Assembly: GCA_028826165.1 (NCBI GenBank) | Contig: JAPDFW010000057.1 | Coordinates: 62,001 to 126,000, forward strand | Source of the DNA: Anaeramoeba ignava BMAN | Lineage: Eukaryota; Protista; Anaeramoebae | DNA length: 64,000 nucleotides | Direction: 5' to 3' | Shown here: positions 23,858 to 34,900 of the stretch, one piece after another | Layout of the letters: every line of letters starts with the position of its first letter | Numbering within the stretch: the first letter of the stretch is position 1 | Program-made: the position numbers and the translations under genes | Notes under the pieces: model-generated | Told to the model about the DNA's origin: nothing | Seen by the model: the letters and a program-made list of their open reading frames with translations, nothing else | The model's database searches: none

Positions 23858-25073
23858 ATGGCACAACCTTCACGAGCAGCAAGAAGATTAATGAGAGATT
23901 TTCAAAAATTGCAAAATGATCCTCCTATTGGACTTTGTGCTTCTCCTGATAAAGAAAATATAATGGAATGGACTGCACTTATTTTTGGACCTGAAGACAC
24001 TCCTTGGGAAGGCGGAACATTCCGTCTTTCGTTGGTTTTTACTAGCGAGTATCCTGACAAGCCACCTAAAGTGAAATTTTTATCCAAAATATTTCATCCC
24101 AATGGTATTTTGATATGAAGTTTTTTTTTGTTTTTTTTTTTTTTAAATCTCAATTTTTACATGATCTCAAAAGAAGGATAAATATTCATTTTTCCAAATA
24201 ATGTTATTAAAAACAAAATAAAACAAACTTAATTAGTTTATAATGATGGATCTATTTGTTTGGATATTTTAAAAGATCAATGGAGTCCTATATATGATAC
24301 TGGTGCTATTTTGACCTCTATTCAAGTATGAAATATTAGATATTTATAAAATATTAAATATAAATATTAATATTAATATAAATATTAATGAAATATTAAA
24401 TATTAATGAAATATCAAAAATATTAAATATAAATATAAAATATTAAATATTAAAATTAAGAAATATAAATATAAATATAAAATATGAAATATAAAAATAT
24501 AAAAATAAAAATATAAAATAAAAATATAGAAATATAAATATAAAATATTAAATATAAATATTAAATATAAAATATTAATTAAAATGAAAAAAAACGAAAT
24601 ATTAAATATCAAAAATATAAATATAAATATAAATATAAAGTATGAAATATTAAATATTAATATCAAAAATATTAAATATTAAATATTAAGTATGAAATAG
24701 AAATATAAAATAAAAATAGAAATATAAAATATTAAATATTAAATATTAATTAAATATAAATATTAATATAAATATTAAATATTAATATAAATATAAAATA
24801 TTAAATATAAATATTAAATATAAATATAAATATAAAATATTAATGAAATATTAAATATAAAATATTAATGAAATATGAAATATTAAATATAAAGTATTAA
24901 ATATAAAATATCAAAAATATAAATATTAAATATTAAATTTAATTTTATAGTCTCTTCTAACAGATCCAAATCCAAGTTCTCCTGCAAACGCAATCGCAGC
25001 AAAATTATACGAACACTCAAGAAGTGAATACGAAAAAAAAGTTAGACAAATCGTGGAAGAATCTTTCAACTGA
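23858..25073 (+). CDS. UBC2: Ubiquitin-conjugating enzyme E2, Rad6/UBC2 type, 152 aa; exons 23858-24104, 24237-24325, 24951-25073
   Basis: Motifs [38 protein letters not shown] and SIQSLL.DPNP.SPAN. Confidence 0.96.
24330..24945. repeat. AT-rich intronic simple repeat (AAATAT/AAATATT) in UBC2 intron 2
   Basis: Seen directly. Confidence 0.85.
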
Positions 25074-25252
25074 AAAAATCTTTTTCTTTTTTTTTCTTTT
25101 TTTTCTTTTTTTTTAGAAAAATAAAAACAAAAACAATATTGGGAAAAAAAAAGGATATTTTTGTGTTTTGTGATAATTTTTTTTTGATGAAAGATTTTCA
25201 AAAAAAAAAAGGAAAAAAAGAATGAAAATTAAAATTGGAAGGAACTAAGAAA

Positions 25253-28200
25253 TCATTTCATTTCAAGATCATCTCCCTTATCATGAGAATGGCTTTTTTT
25301 GTGCTGGTGACGGAAGACGGCAATAATAATGAGAATAATAGCAACTAAAATGGTAACAACAACGGAAGCGATGAGGATCTTGTCTCTTGTTGAGGAAGAA
25401 CTTGAAGAGGTTTCATTTGGGGAGGTGTGAATAGAGAAGGAAGTGTATTGACTTGAATATGAGCTTGAAGAGCAGGATGCAGTGGCGGAAGCTTGAACGG
25501 AGACGAGATAGAGGGATGCGGGAGAGAGGTTATCGAAGACAGTGGCTGTAACGGAAGGGGAGAGACACTTAGAAGAGAGGGAAGAATTTAATTGGACGAG
25601 ATAACCAGCAACACCAGCGCCAAGGGACGGGGGAGTCCATGAACAGGAGAGAGAGGAGGTGGACGATGCAGAGCACGAGAGGTCTGTGACGGAGCCGAGT
25701 TGGAGACGTGCGGAGAAGGATGAGGAGGAAGGACCGAGAAGAGCGACTGAACAAGCAGCATCTCCGCAGGCGGCAATTTGAGCACTGTAGAGGAGATTGC
25801 CTGCAAGACCAGTGATTGTGGCTGTTGTGATGCCGTTGGAGTTTTGGAAGGAATCGAAGACCATCCAAGTGGAACCGCCATCGAGAGTGAGAGCGTAATC
25901 GTGCGCACCAAGAACAGAATTGAAGGTGACGATGAGCGTTTGGACGCCGATCTGCACAGAGATGTTTGCGGGCGATGAGAAAAGAGTTGTGACGGAGGTT
26001 GTGGTGTTTGGTCCGGAGAAGGCGCTGCTGGTGCAATCGGTGGTTGCGGATGCGCTGACATAGATGTTGTAGAATGCGGAGCCGGGCAGATTGGTGACGG
26101 AATGCGAAGTTGAGCCGTTGGCCAGACACACCCGCGTGGTTCCGTAGATGAATGTGTATTTGTACACGTTCTTGGCGTGTGCAATGGTTTGCCATGTGCA
26201 AGAAAATCCTCCCTCGAGCGCCTGACAAGAAAGCGAGGGAACGATGCCGAGTGAGGGTCGGAACGAGACAGCACTGCTTGAAGGGCCGATGATGCTCATT
26301 GAGCACGAATCGTTGGCACACGCGCGAATGGCGAGATCGTATTCTTGATTCCCGATAAGCCCCGTTACGCTGTATTCCAAATGCGTGTCTTCCCACCAAG
26401 GCGTGAATTGCTCCCAGTTCTCTCCGCCGTCGAGTGTCATCAGGTATCCGTGATTTTCGGGGATGTTGCTGAACAGGAACGTGAAGGATTCAACGCCGCT
26501 GTAATAGTTCCAGAACATCGGGATAGAGAGCGGTGTTGTTACAAGAAGACGCATCGCTTTCGGGCTTGAGTATTCGTTGTACACACACCCCGCATTTGAG
26601 GCTGCGCTCACAGAGATCAAGTACAATGCGGATCCTGGAAGCTCGCGAACAGTGACAACCGTTTGATTGGGCAGCAGACACAGTGAAGTTTCGTTGTACG
26701 AGAAAAGATACCCGAATAGCCCTTCCGTCTCTGCCTCCTGATTCCATGAGCAGTTGAATCCCGAGATCAGCGAGCTGCATGAGAAGCCTGTCAACGAACC
26801 CAGCGCAATCTTGAGCGGCACAACGGTGCTTGGCGGTCCTGCAAGCGTCACGTTGCAATCTGCCGTTGTGCATCCTCGGACTTGAACCGAAAGATCCACA
26901 TTTCCCGGCACGTTGTTCTTGATTCCCCACGAGTAGGTGGTTGAGTTGAACAAGTGGGTGAAGTATTCCCATGTGACTCCGTCGAGTGTGATCAGGTATC
27001 CCTGCGCGCCGTCGACTCTTGTGAAGTTGATTGTGATCTGTCCCGATCCAAAATCGCCGATGATATAGTTCAGGATTTCCGGTGCTTCAATTCCAGGAAC
27101 AAACACCTGAGTCTGCGAGCTGTATCCGGAGAATTCATTCTCATTGCACTCAATATCTGCCGATGCGTTCACCGTGATTGTGTATTCAACGCCTCCCGGA
27201 ATGCCCTCAACGCTGAAATCAGTTTTTTCCTTTTCATTGCACAGATCCTGTCCGCCCGCGTAGTTATATTCCACAGCATATCCATTTAATCCGGCGTCAA
27301 GCACTATTGCGTCCCAGCTGCAGTTGAATCCAGCGTGAAACGCTGTGCAAGCCAATCCAGTGATGTTCCCCAAACGCGGCTCAATCTGCACGCTTGAGCT
27401 GATGTTCCCCATCATTTCATCACTGCAGTTTGTATCTGCACAAGCACGCACTTTCACAGAATAGCCAACGTTTCCGTCGAATCCATCCTCATCTCCACGC
27501 CAATACGTCGTGTAGTTATTGAGTGATGTGAAGTTTTCCCAGCTGTTTCCGTTATCGTGCGAGATCGCATAACTTACTGCCTGATCCACAGTGTCGAAGG
27601 TCACGCTCAGCGTCTCGACTTCTCCTGAGATTCCCTCTACGTTTTGCGGAGCCGGGAGCACGTCCGTTGTCACACTCGTTTCTGATGGGTATCCTGCATA
27701 TTCATGGTTTATATCGCAGTCCTCGTCTGCCGCTGCAAACACCTCGATTGCATACTCCGTGAGTGGCGGCAATCCATTCAATGTTTTGCTTGTGGTTCCG
27801 TTCTCCACACACTCAAGCTCCTCCCCATAAATAAGTCCGTATTTCTCCACTCCTTCCGCATAAGTCAGCTCGTCCCAGCTGCATGTGAACCCAAGCGGCT
27901 CAGTTACGCAGCTCAATCCAGTTATGTTCCCCAGCTTCAGCACATATACATGCATGTCGCTTGCTGGCCCCGCAATGTTGTCAGTGCAATTCGTATCCGC
28001 ACATGCGCGTGCTCGCACATAATAGTTCACGTTCCCTGACACATTCGTCTGCACTCCTCTTACGTTCGTTTCTCCAATTTGCGTCGATGTGAACCCTTCC
28101 CATGTGCTTCCATCGTCTTTCGACACTTGGTACCCCTCCGCGCCATCGACTTTCTGAAAGTCCACAACAAGATCCTGTGTTCCGTTCTCAGACTGCGATA

Positions 28201-31200
28201 TCGACGGCTTCTGAAGCTCGATAGAAGTCACATATGTTGTTGATGCATCTCCTGAATAAGTATCTGAAGAACAAGTACTTGATGCTGATGCCAAAACTGT
28301 GATTGTGAAATTGTGATCTCCAACAAGTTGTGTTTTGTTTACAGTTGTGGTTCCATTATCAACACATATTTCTGATCCATCATATGTGAGTTTGTATTTC
28401 ACTAATCCTGCTGCTAATGTTAATGCATCCCAATTGCAACTGAATCCTGTGATTTCTGGTGTGCAACTTAATCCAGTGATATCTCCCAATCGTGTTTTCA
28501 TTGTGGTGGCATTGCTTGCTGGTCCTGCTAAACTATCAGTACATGCTGTATCTGCACATGCTCGCAATTTAACTTCCATTGCTTGATTTCCAGCTAATCC
28601 TGTTTTGTCTCCTTCACACGGTGTTCCAGCTCCATATCTTCCTGTTTCTTCTTCAAATCCTAATTCAAATCCACAATAATCTGCTGTGAAATTCTCCCAT
28701 GTACTTCCATCATCAGTTGAAATTTGATATCCTAATGCTCCTTGGACTTCATCAAAATATATATCAAGTTCTTCAATTAATTCAACATAACTTGTTATCA
28801 CTGGTGCTTGTAAAGGTAATGTTGTTACACTTGTTGTTTCATTTGCTCCTGAATATGTTTGATATTCACAATTTACTGAATCTGAACTTGCAAATATTAT
28901 TATATCTAATAAAAGATCTCCTTGCATTTGTGTTTTTTGGATTGTTGTTGTATCTGGTGTTAAACATTCAAATGTTTCTCCATATTGGAATCCATATCCT
29001 TCCAATCCTGTTGTGTATACTAATCCACTCCAAGTACAATTAAATCCTGTGCTGATTCCAGTACAATCCAAATTGGTTACAACTCCCAAATCTGGTGTTA
29101 AATATTCAACTTCACTTGCATCTCCTGTAAAATCACATGATGAATCTCCACAAGCTCGAACTGTAACATTATATTGAATATTCCCACTTATTCCTGATAC
29201 AATTCCTGTAAATGTTCCTCCAACATCATTTTCACTTGTGAAATCTTGCCAACTACTTGAATTATCTAAAGAAACTTGATATTTCACTGCTCCTGAAATA
29301 TCTACAAATGAAACATTGAATTCTTCAACTCCTGCATCTGCTGTTGAGATAATAACTTGTGGAAGTAATGTTCTTACATCTTGAGTTACATTAGGCCCAC
29401 AATTCCCATAAGAATCACATGCTTGGATTTTGACTGTGTAATTTTGATTTTGATCATTAACATCAAAACTTTTTGATAAATCAGGTATTGTGAATGATCC
29501 ACTTTCACTTGTGGCTTGATTTTGATAATACAATATGTATTCTGTTGGTGGTCTTGTTCCATATGGCGCATCCCATATACAATCTATTGTAATCACATTA
29601 GAAATTGTGCAATTAAAATTCTCAACATATCCAAACCAAGTGTAAATTGATTCACTTGATACTTCTCCTTCATCATCTCCTTCACAAGCAGATGTTCTAC
29701 AAGCACTAATATACACACTATAATTAGTGTTGTTAACAAGACTAGAAATCAAATGAGTTGTATCAGTATTAAGTGCTGTTTCAGTTTGGCTCTCAATTCC
29801 ACTTGCATTATATACAATTTGGTAATGATCAAGGTTTGGATCTCCTGAAATATACTGAACATTAGGCACATCCCATGTTAAGGAAATTGAGTACATATTC
29901 TGAATACTTATATCTGTTATTGTGGGTGCATCAATTCTTGTTGTTAAAGAAACACTTGAAAAATCTCCTTTAAGTCCTGTTGTTGTGTTAATTGCTTGGA
30001 TGTAAATTTCGTAATACTCATTTCCATAAACATCTGAATAATTTGGTGAGCTGAAAAGTTCGGTAACTGTTGTTGAATTAAAATCTGTAAAATCTGTAGC
30101 ATTTCGTTGGAAATATGTTCCATTATAACTCATGTTGTATATAAGTCCTGCTTCAACTTTACTCCAATAACATTGAAACTCTGAAAACAACGAATCACAA
30201 CTAAGATCTAATGTTTGTGGAGTTACATATCTTTCAAAACTATATGCTCTTCCTACATCAGCATTAAAAGTAATTGGATCATCATAAGCTGGTTGGCCAA
30301 TAACAAGATCTATTCCATATGGTGAAATACTTCTTCCAAACTCTGAATTGGGTTGTGGATTTGGTGCTGAAAGATTTCCTACATTTTGCCATGTTCCTTC
30401 AATATTTTCATAAAAGAAACATAATCCATTTTGGCTATTAAAATTGGGAGCTCCTACAATCAAAAATTCTCCAGAAATAGCAACACTTTGTCCAAATAGA
30501 TCAGTTGTAGTTGCACCTGATGTAAAATTCGCCACAAGACTAAAATCACTTGAACTATCAGGTCTTTCATAATAATGTGCTCTTCCAGCACTTGAAACAT
30601 TTGTGGATCCGATCATAAGTTGATTTTCGTAAAGATAGAGAGATGCTCCAAAACTGCCTATTGTGAATGGATTCACTATTGTTTGACTAAGTACCCATGA
30701 TTCACCATCATCGAAGTATCTATAAACCTTCTGACTTAATGTTGCTCCAATAATCAAATCAGTATTATTCAAAAAAACACTCATTCCAAATTTTTCTCCT
30801 GAAACTTGCCCATTTATACTTTGGATGCTACTCCAACTACTTCCAGAATTTTCATAAATGTAAACTGCTCCTTGACTACTGGCATTACCTGGAGCACCAA
30901 CAGCAACTTTTGTTCCATCCAAATAAACACTAGTTCCAAATTGGTCAGCACTAAAACCAGCATTAATGTACTCATTAAAAACAAATGAACCTGAATCATA
31001 ATCATAGAAATAAACACGACCTGGATTAGTGTTATGGGGAGCACCAACAACAAGATAGCTATCCGATATAGAAACACTATATCCCCATAACATGCCTGAA
31101 ATTTCAGCACTTCCATCATCAGTCATATTCAAACTTTGGGTATATTGCCATGTGCCTGATATGAACTCGAAAATATCCACTCTTCCCACATTATCAGTAC

Positions 31201-31414
31201 TTCCAATCTTTGCGTAAGGTACTCCAACTGCTATTTTATCGCTATAGAACGACACCGAATCTCCAAATCTATCTATGTTTGGATCCGTACCAAGATTAGC
31301 AAATGTGGTTGTGTTTACCCATACAAATTCTGCACTTTTTATTCCCATAAATGTAAAAAGTATGTTTGTTGCAAAAATCAAAAGAAATATTGAAAATAAA
31401 GAACCTTTCCTCAT
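25253..31414 (-). CDS. Giant surface protein B (2053 aa): signal peptide, FG-GAP propeller, 3 FN3 + 7 double-FN3 units, Ser-rich linker, single TM helix and short cytoplasmic tail
   Basis: Intact single-exon ORF. The first ~1065 aa are nearly identical to protein A. TM segment ILIASVVVTILVAIILIIIAVF is followed by RHQHKK. Confidence 0.92.
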   Translation of the reverse strand: MRKGSLFSIFLLIFATNILFTFMGIKSAEFVWVNTTTFANLGTDPNIDRFGDSVSFYSDKIAVGVPYAKIGSTDNVGRVDIFEFISGTWQYTQSLNMTDDGSAEISGMLWGYSVSISDSYLVVGAPHNTNPGRVYFYDYDSGSFVFNEYINAGFSADQFGTSVYLDGTKVAVGAPGNASSQGAVYIYENSGSSWSSIQSINGQVSGEKFGMSVFLNNTDLIIGATLSQKVYRYFDDGESWVLSQTIVNPFTIGSFGASLYLYENQLMIGSTNVSSAGRAHYYERPDSSSDFSLVANFTSGATTTDLFGQSVAISGEFLIVGAPNFNSQNGLCFFYENIEGTWQNVGNLSAPNPQPNSEFGRSISPYGIDLVIGQPAYDDPITFNADVGRAYSFERYVTPQTLDLSCDSLFSEFQCYWSKVEAGLIYNMSYNGTYFQRNATDFTDFNSTTVTELFSSPNYSDVYGNEYYEIYIQAINTTTGLKGDFSSVSLTTRIDAPTITDISIQNMYSISLTWDVPNVQYISGDPNLDHYQIVYNASGIESQTETALNTDTTHLISSLVNNTNYSVYISACRTSACEGDDEGEVSSESIYTWFGYVENFNCTISNVITIDCIWDAPYGTRPPTEYILYYQNQATSESGSFTIPDLSKSFDVNDQNQNYTVKIQACDSYGNCGPNVTQDVRTLLPQVIISTADAGVEEFNVSFVDISGAVKYQVSLDNSSSWQDFTSENDVGGTFTGIVSGISGNIQYNVTVRACGDSSCDFTGDASEVEYLTPDLGVVTNLDCTGISTGFNCTWSGLVYTTGLEGYGFQYGETFECLTPDTTTIQKTQMQGDLLLDIIIFASSDSVNCEYQTYSGANETTSVTTLPLQAPVITSYVELIEELDIYFDEVQGALGYQISTDDGSTWENFTADYCGFELGFEEETGRYGAGTPCEGDKTGLAGNQAMEVKLRACADTACTDSLAGPASNATTMKTRLGDITGLSCTPEITGFSCNWDALTLAAGLVKYKLTYDGSEICVDNGTTTVNKTQLVGDHNFTITVLASASSTCSSDTYSGDASTTYVTSIELQKPSISQSENGTQDLVVDFQKVDGAEGYQVSKDDGSTWEGFTSTQIGETNVRGVQTNVSGNVNYYVRARACADTNCTDNIAGPASDMHVYVLKLGNITGLSCVTEPLGFTCSWDELTYAEGVEKYGLIYGEELECVENGTTSKTLNGLPPLTEYAIEVFAAADEDCDINHEYAGYPSETSVTTDVLPAPQNVEGISGEVETLSVTFDTVDQAVSYAISHDNGNSWENFTSLNNYTTYWRGDEDGFDGNVGYSVKVRACADTNCSDEMMGNISSSVQIEPRLGNITGLACTAFHAGFNCSWDAIVLDAGLNGYAVEYNYAGGQDLCNEKEKTDFSVEGIPGGVEYTITVNASADIECNENEFSGYSSQTQVFVPGIEAPEILNYIIGDFGSGQITINFTRVDGAQGYLITLDGVTWEYFTHLFNSTTYSWGIKNNVPGNVDLSVQVRGCTTADCNVTLAGPPSTVVPLKIALGSLTGFSCSSLISGFNCSWNQEAETEGLFGYLFSYNETSLCLLPNQTVVTVRELPGSALYLISVSAASNAGCVYNEYSSPKAMRLLVTTPLSIPMFWNYYSGVESFTFLFSNIPENHGYLMTLDGGENWEQFTPWWEDTHLEYSVTGLIGNQEYDLAIRACANDSCSMSIIGPSSSAVSFRPSLGIVPSLSCQALEGGFSCTWQTIAHAKNVYKYTFIYGTTRVCLANGSTSHSVTNLPGSAFYNIYVSASATTDCTSSAFSGPNTTTSVTTLFSSPANISVQIGVQTLIVTFNSVLGAHDYALTLDGGSTWMVFDSFQNSNGITTATITGLAGNLLYSAQIAACGDAACSVALLGPSSSSFSARLQLGSVTDLSCSASSTSSLSCSWTPPSLGAGVAGYLVQLNSSLSSKCLSPSVTATVFDNLSPASLYLVSVQASATASCSSSSYSSQYTSFSIHTSPNETSSSSSSTRDKILIASVVVTILVAIILIIIAVFRHQHKKSHSHDKGDDLEMK

Positions 31415-31863
31415 TTTTGCTCTTTTTCTGTTTATTTTTTATAAATTTAAATTTGGAATTAAAGAAAATGAACATAATTAATAAACAAAACAATACAAAT
31501 CAATTATTAATTTTTAATTTTTAGTTTTTAAAAAGGGATAAAATATTAAGAAAAAAAATTTTTTTAATTTTAAATTTAATTTTAAATATAATTTTTATTA
31601 TAATTTTTAATATAATTTTGAATATAATTACTAATTTTAAATGAATTGTTTTTTATTATTTAATTTGACTATAATATAAAATTAACGAAAAGGTTGTGGA
31701 AAAAAAAATGGTTATTAGTTTTTGTTTTTTCATTTTTTTTTATTCCCTTTTTATTTAATTAATTTTTTATTTATTTTTATTTTAGGGGGCAATTGATCTT
31801 TCTTTCTTTTATTATTTTTTAATTTAAAAAAAAATTTTTTTTTCTTTTTTAATTTTAATTAAA
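28214..31863. repeat. Segmental duplication copy 2 (matches 12596-16247)
   Basis: Direct comparison of the two regions. Confidence 0.95.
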
Positions 31864-31917
31864 AAAAAAATCAATTAAAAAAAAAATTCGGAAAAAAAAA
31901 AAGAATTTATTCCTTAT

Positions 31918-34900
31918 TTATTTTTCTTGTAAAATTCTTTCAACTTGGAACGTTGCATCTTTAAGTGTTGCAACTAAATCTTGAAGTTGGTCAACAGAAC
32001 AAGAAAAGCAAATTTTCTGTTTTTCATTTAATTTAGATTCCTCATTTGTTTGAAATTCCACAAAATAAATTGGTGAATCAATTTTTTCAACAATATTTGA
32101 TTTTATTGAATAATCCATTCTCCATTTCACACTTTTCAGCCATGGATAGCTTGTAGGTTTGTTTTCAAGTTGACTTCTTTCAATTGCTTCTTGGATTTCT
32201 TGATATTTTTGAATAAATTGTGTGCAAAATTCATTTGGAAGATTTTGTTCTTTTAAAAACATTCTTTTTCAATTAAATTTAATAAATAATTTTATAAATA
32301 ATTTTATAAATAATTTAATATTTAATTTTATAAATAATTTTATAAATAATTTTATATATAATTTTATATTTAATTTTATATTTAATTTTATATTTAATTT
32401 TATAAATAATTTTATAAATAATTTTATATTTAATTTTATAAATAATTTTATAAATAATTTTATAAATAATTTTATAAATAATTTTATAAATAATTTTATA
32501 AATAATTTTATAAATAATTTTATAAATAATTTTATAAATAATTTTATAAATAATTTTATATTTAATTTTATAAATAATTTTATAAATAATTTTATAAATA
32601 ATTTTATAAATAATTTTATAAATAATTTTATAAATAATTTTATAAATAATTTTATAAATAATTTTATAAATAGTTTTATAAATAATTTTATAAATAATTT
32701 TATAAATAATTTTATAAATAATTTTATAAATAATTTTATAAATAGTTTTATAAATAATTTTATAAATAATTTTATAAATAATTTTATAAATAATTTTATA
32801 AATAATTTTATATTTAATTTTATAAATAATTTTATATTTAATTTTATAAATAATTTTATAATTAATTTTATAACTAATTTTATAAGTAATTTTATAAATA
32901 ATTTTATATATAATTTTATAAATAATTTTATAAATAATTTTTTATAATTAATTTTATATATAATTTTATATATAATTTTATAAATAATTTTATAAATAAT
33001 TTTATAAAATAATTTTATAAATAATTTTAATATAATTTTATAAATTTTATAAATAATTTTATAATTAATTTTATAAATAATTTTATAAATAATTTTATAA
33101 ATAATTTTATAAATAATTTTATAAATAATTTTATATTTAATTTTATATTTAATTTTATGTTTAATTTTATATTTGATTTTATAATTAATTTTATAAATAA
33201 TTTTATATTTAATTTTATAATTAATTTTATAAATTAATTTTATAACTAATTTTATAAATAATTTTATATAAATAATTTTATAATTAATTTTATAAATAAT
33301 TTTATAAATAATTTTATAATTAATTTTATATATAATTTTATATATAATTTTATAAATAATTTTATAAATAATTTTATATAAATAATTTTTATAAATAATT
33401 TTATAAAATAATTTTATAAATAATTTTATAAATAATTTTTAATTTTATAAATAATTTTATAAATAATTTTATAAATAATTTTATAAATAATTTTATAAAT
33501 AATTTTATAATTTTATAAATAATTTTATAAATAATTATATTTAATTTTTATTTAATTTTATATTTAATTTTATATTTAATTTTATATTTAATTTTATAAT
33601 TAATTTTATAATTAATTTTATATTTAATTTTATATAATTTTTTATATTTAATTTTATATTTAATTTTATAAATAATTTTATATTTAATTTTATAATTTAA
33701 TTTTATAAATAATTTTATAAATAATTTTATATATAATTTTTTATATTTAATTTTATAAATAATTTTATATTTAATAATTTTATAAATAATTTTATAAATA
33801 ATTTTATATTTAATTTTTTATATTTAATTTTATAAATAATTTTATAAAATAATTTAATTTTATATTTAATTTTTAAATAATTTTTATTTAATTTTATATT
33901 TAATTTTATAAATAATTTTATAAATAATTTTATAATTAATTTTATAAATAATTTTATAAATAATTTTATAAAATAATTTTATAAATAATTTTATAAATAA
34001 TTTTATATTTAATTTTATATTTAATTTTATATTTAATTTTATAAATAATTTCATTTTATAAATAATTTTATAAAATAATTTTATAAATAATTTTATAAAT
34101 AATTTTATATTTAATTTTATATTTAATTTTTATTTAATTTTAATTTTTAAAATAATTTTATAAATAATTTTATAAATAATTTTATATTTAATTTTATAAA
34201 ATAATTTTATAAATAATTTTATAATAATTTTATAAATTTTTTATTTAATTTTTATAAATAATTTTATATTTAATTTTTATAAATAATTTTTATATTTAAT
34301 TTTATAATTAATTTTATATTTAATTTTTATAATAATTTTATATTTAATTTTATATTTAATTTTATAAATAATTTTTAAATAATTTTATAAATAATTTTAT
34401 AAATAATTTTATAAATAATTTTTATATATAAATTTTATATAAATAATTTTATAAATAATTTTATATATAATTTTATAAATAATTTTATAAAATAATTTTA
34501 TAAATAATTTTTATAAAATAATTTTATATTTAATTTTATATTTAATTTTATAAAAATAATTTTATAAATAATTTTTATATAATAATTTTATTTTAATTTT
34601 ATAAATAATTTTATAAATAATTTTATAAATAATTTTATAAATAATTTTATAAATAATTTTATAATTAATTTTATAAATAATTTTTTATAATTTTATAATT
34701 TTATAAATAATTTTATAAATAATTTTATATATAATTTTATATTTAATTTTTAAATAATTTTATAAATAATTTTATAAATAATTTTATAATTAATTTTATA
34801 TAATTTTAATAATTTTATAATTAATTTTATAAATAATTTTATATTTAATTTTATAAATAATTTTATAAATAATTTTATATTTAATTTTATAAATAATTTT

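Noticed and set aside
25569-28039. Overlapping alternative-frame ORFs within surface gene B
   Set aside because: By-products of GC-rich codon usage; no recognisable motifs.
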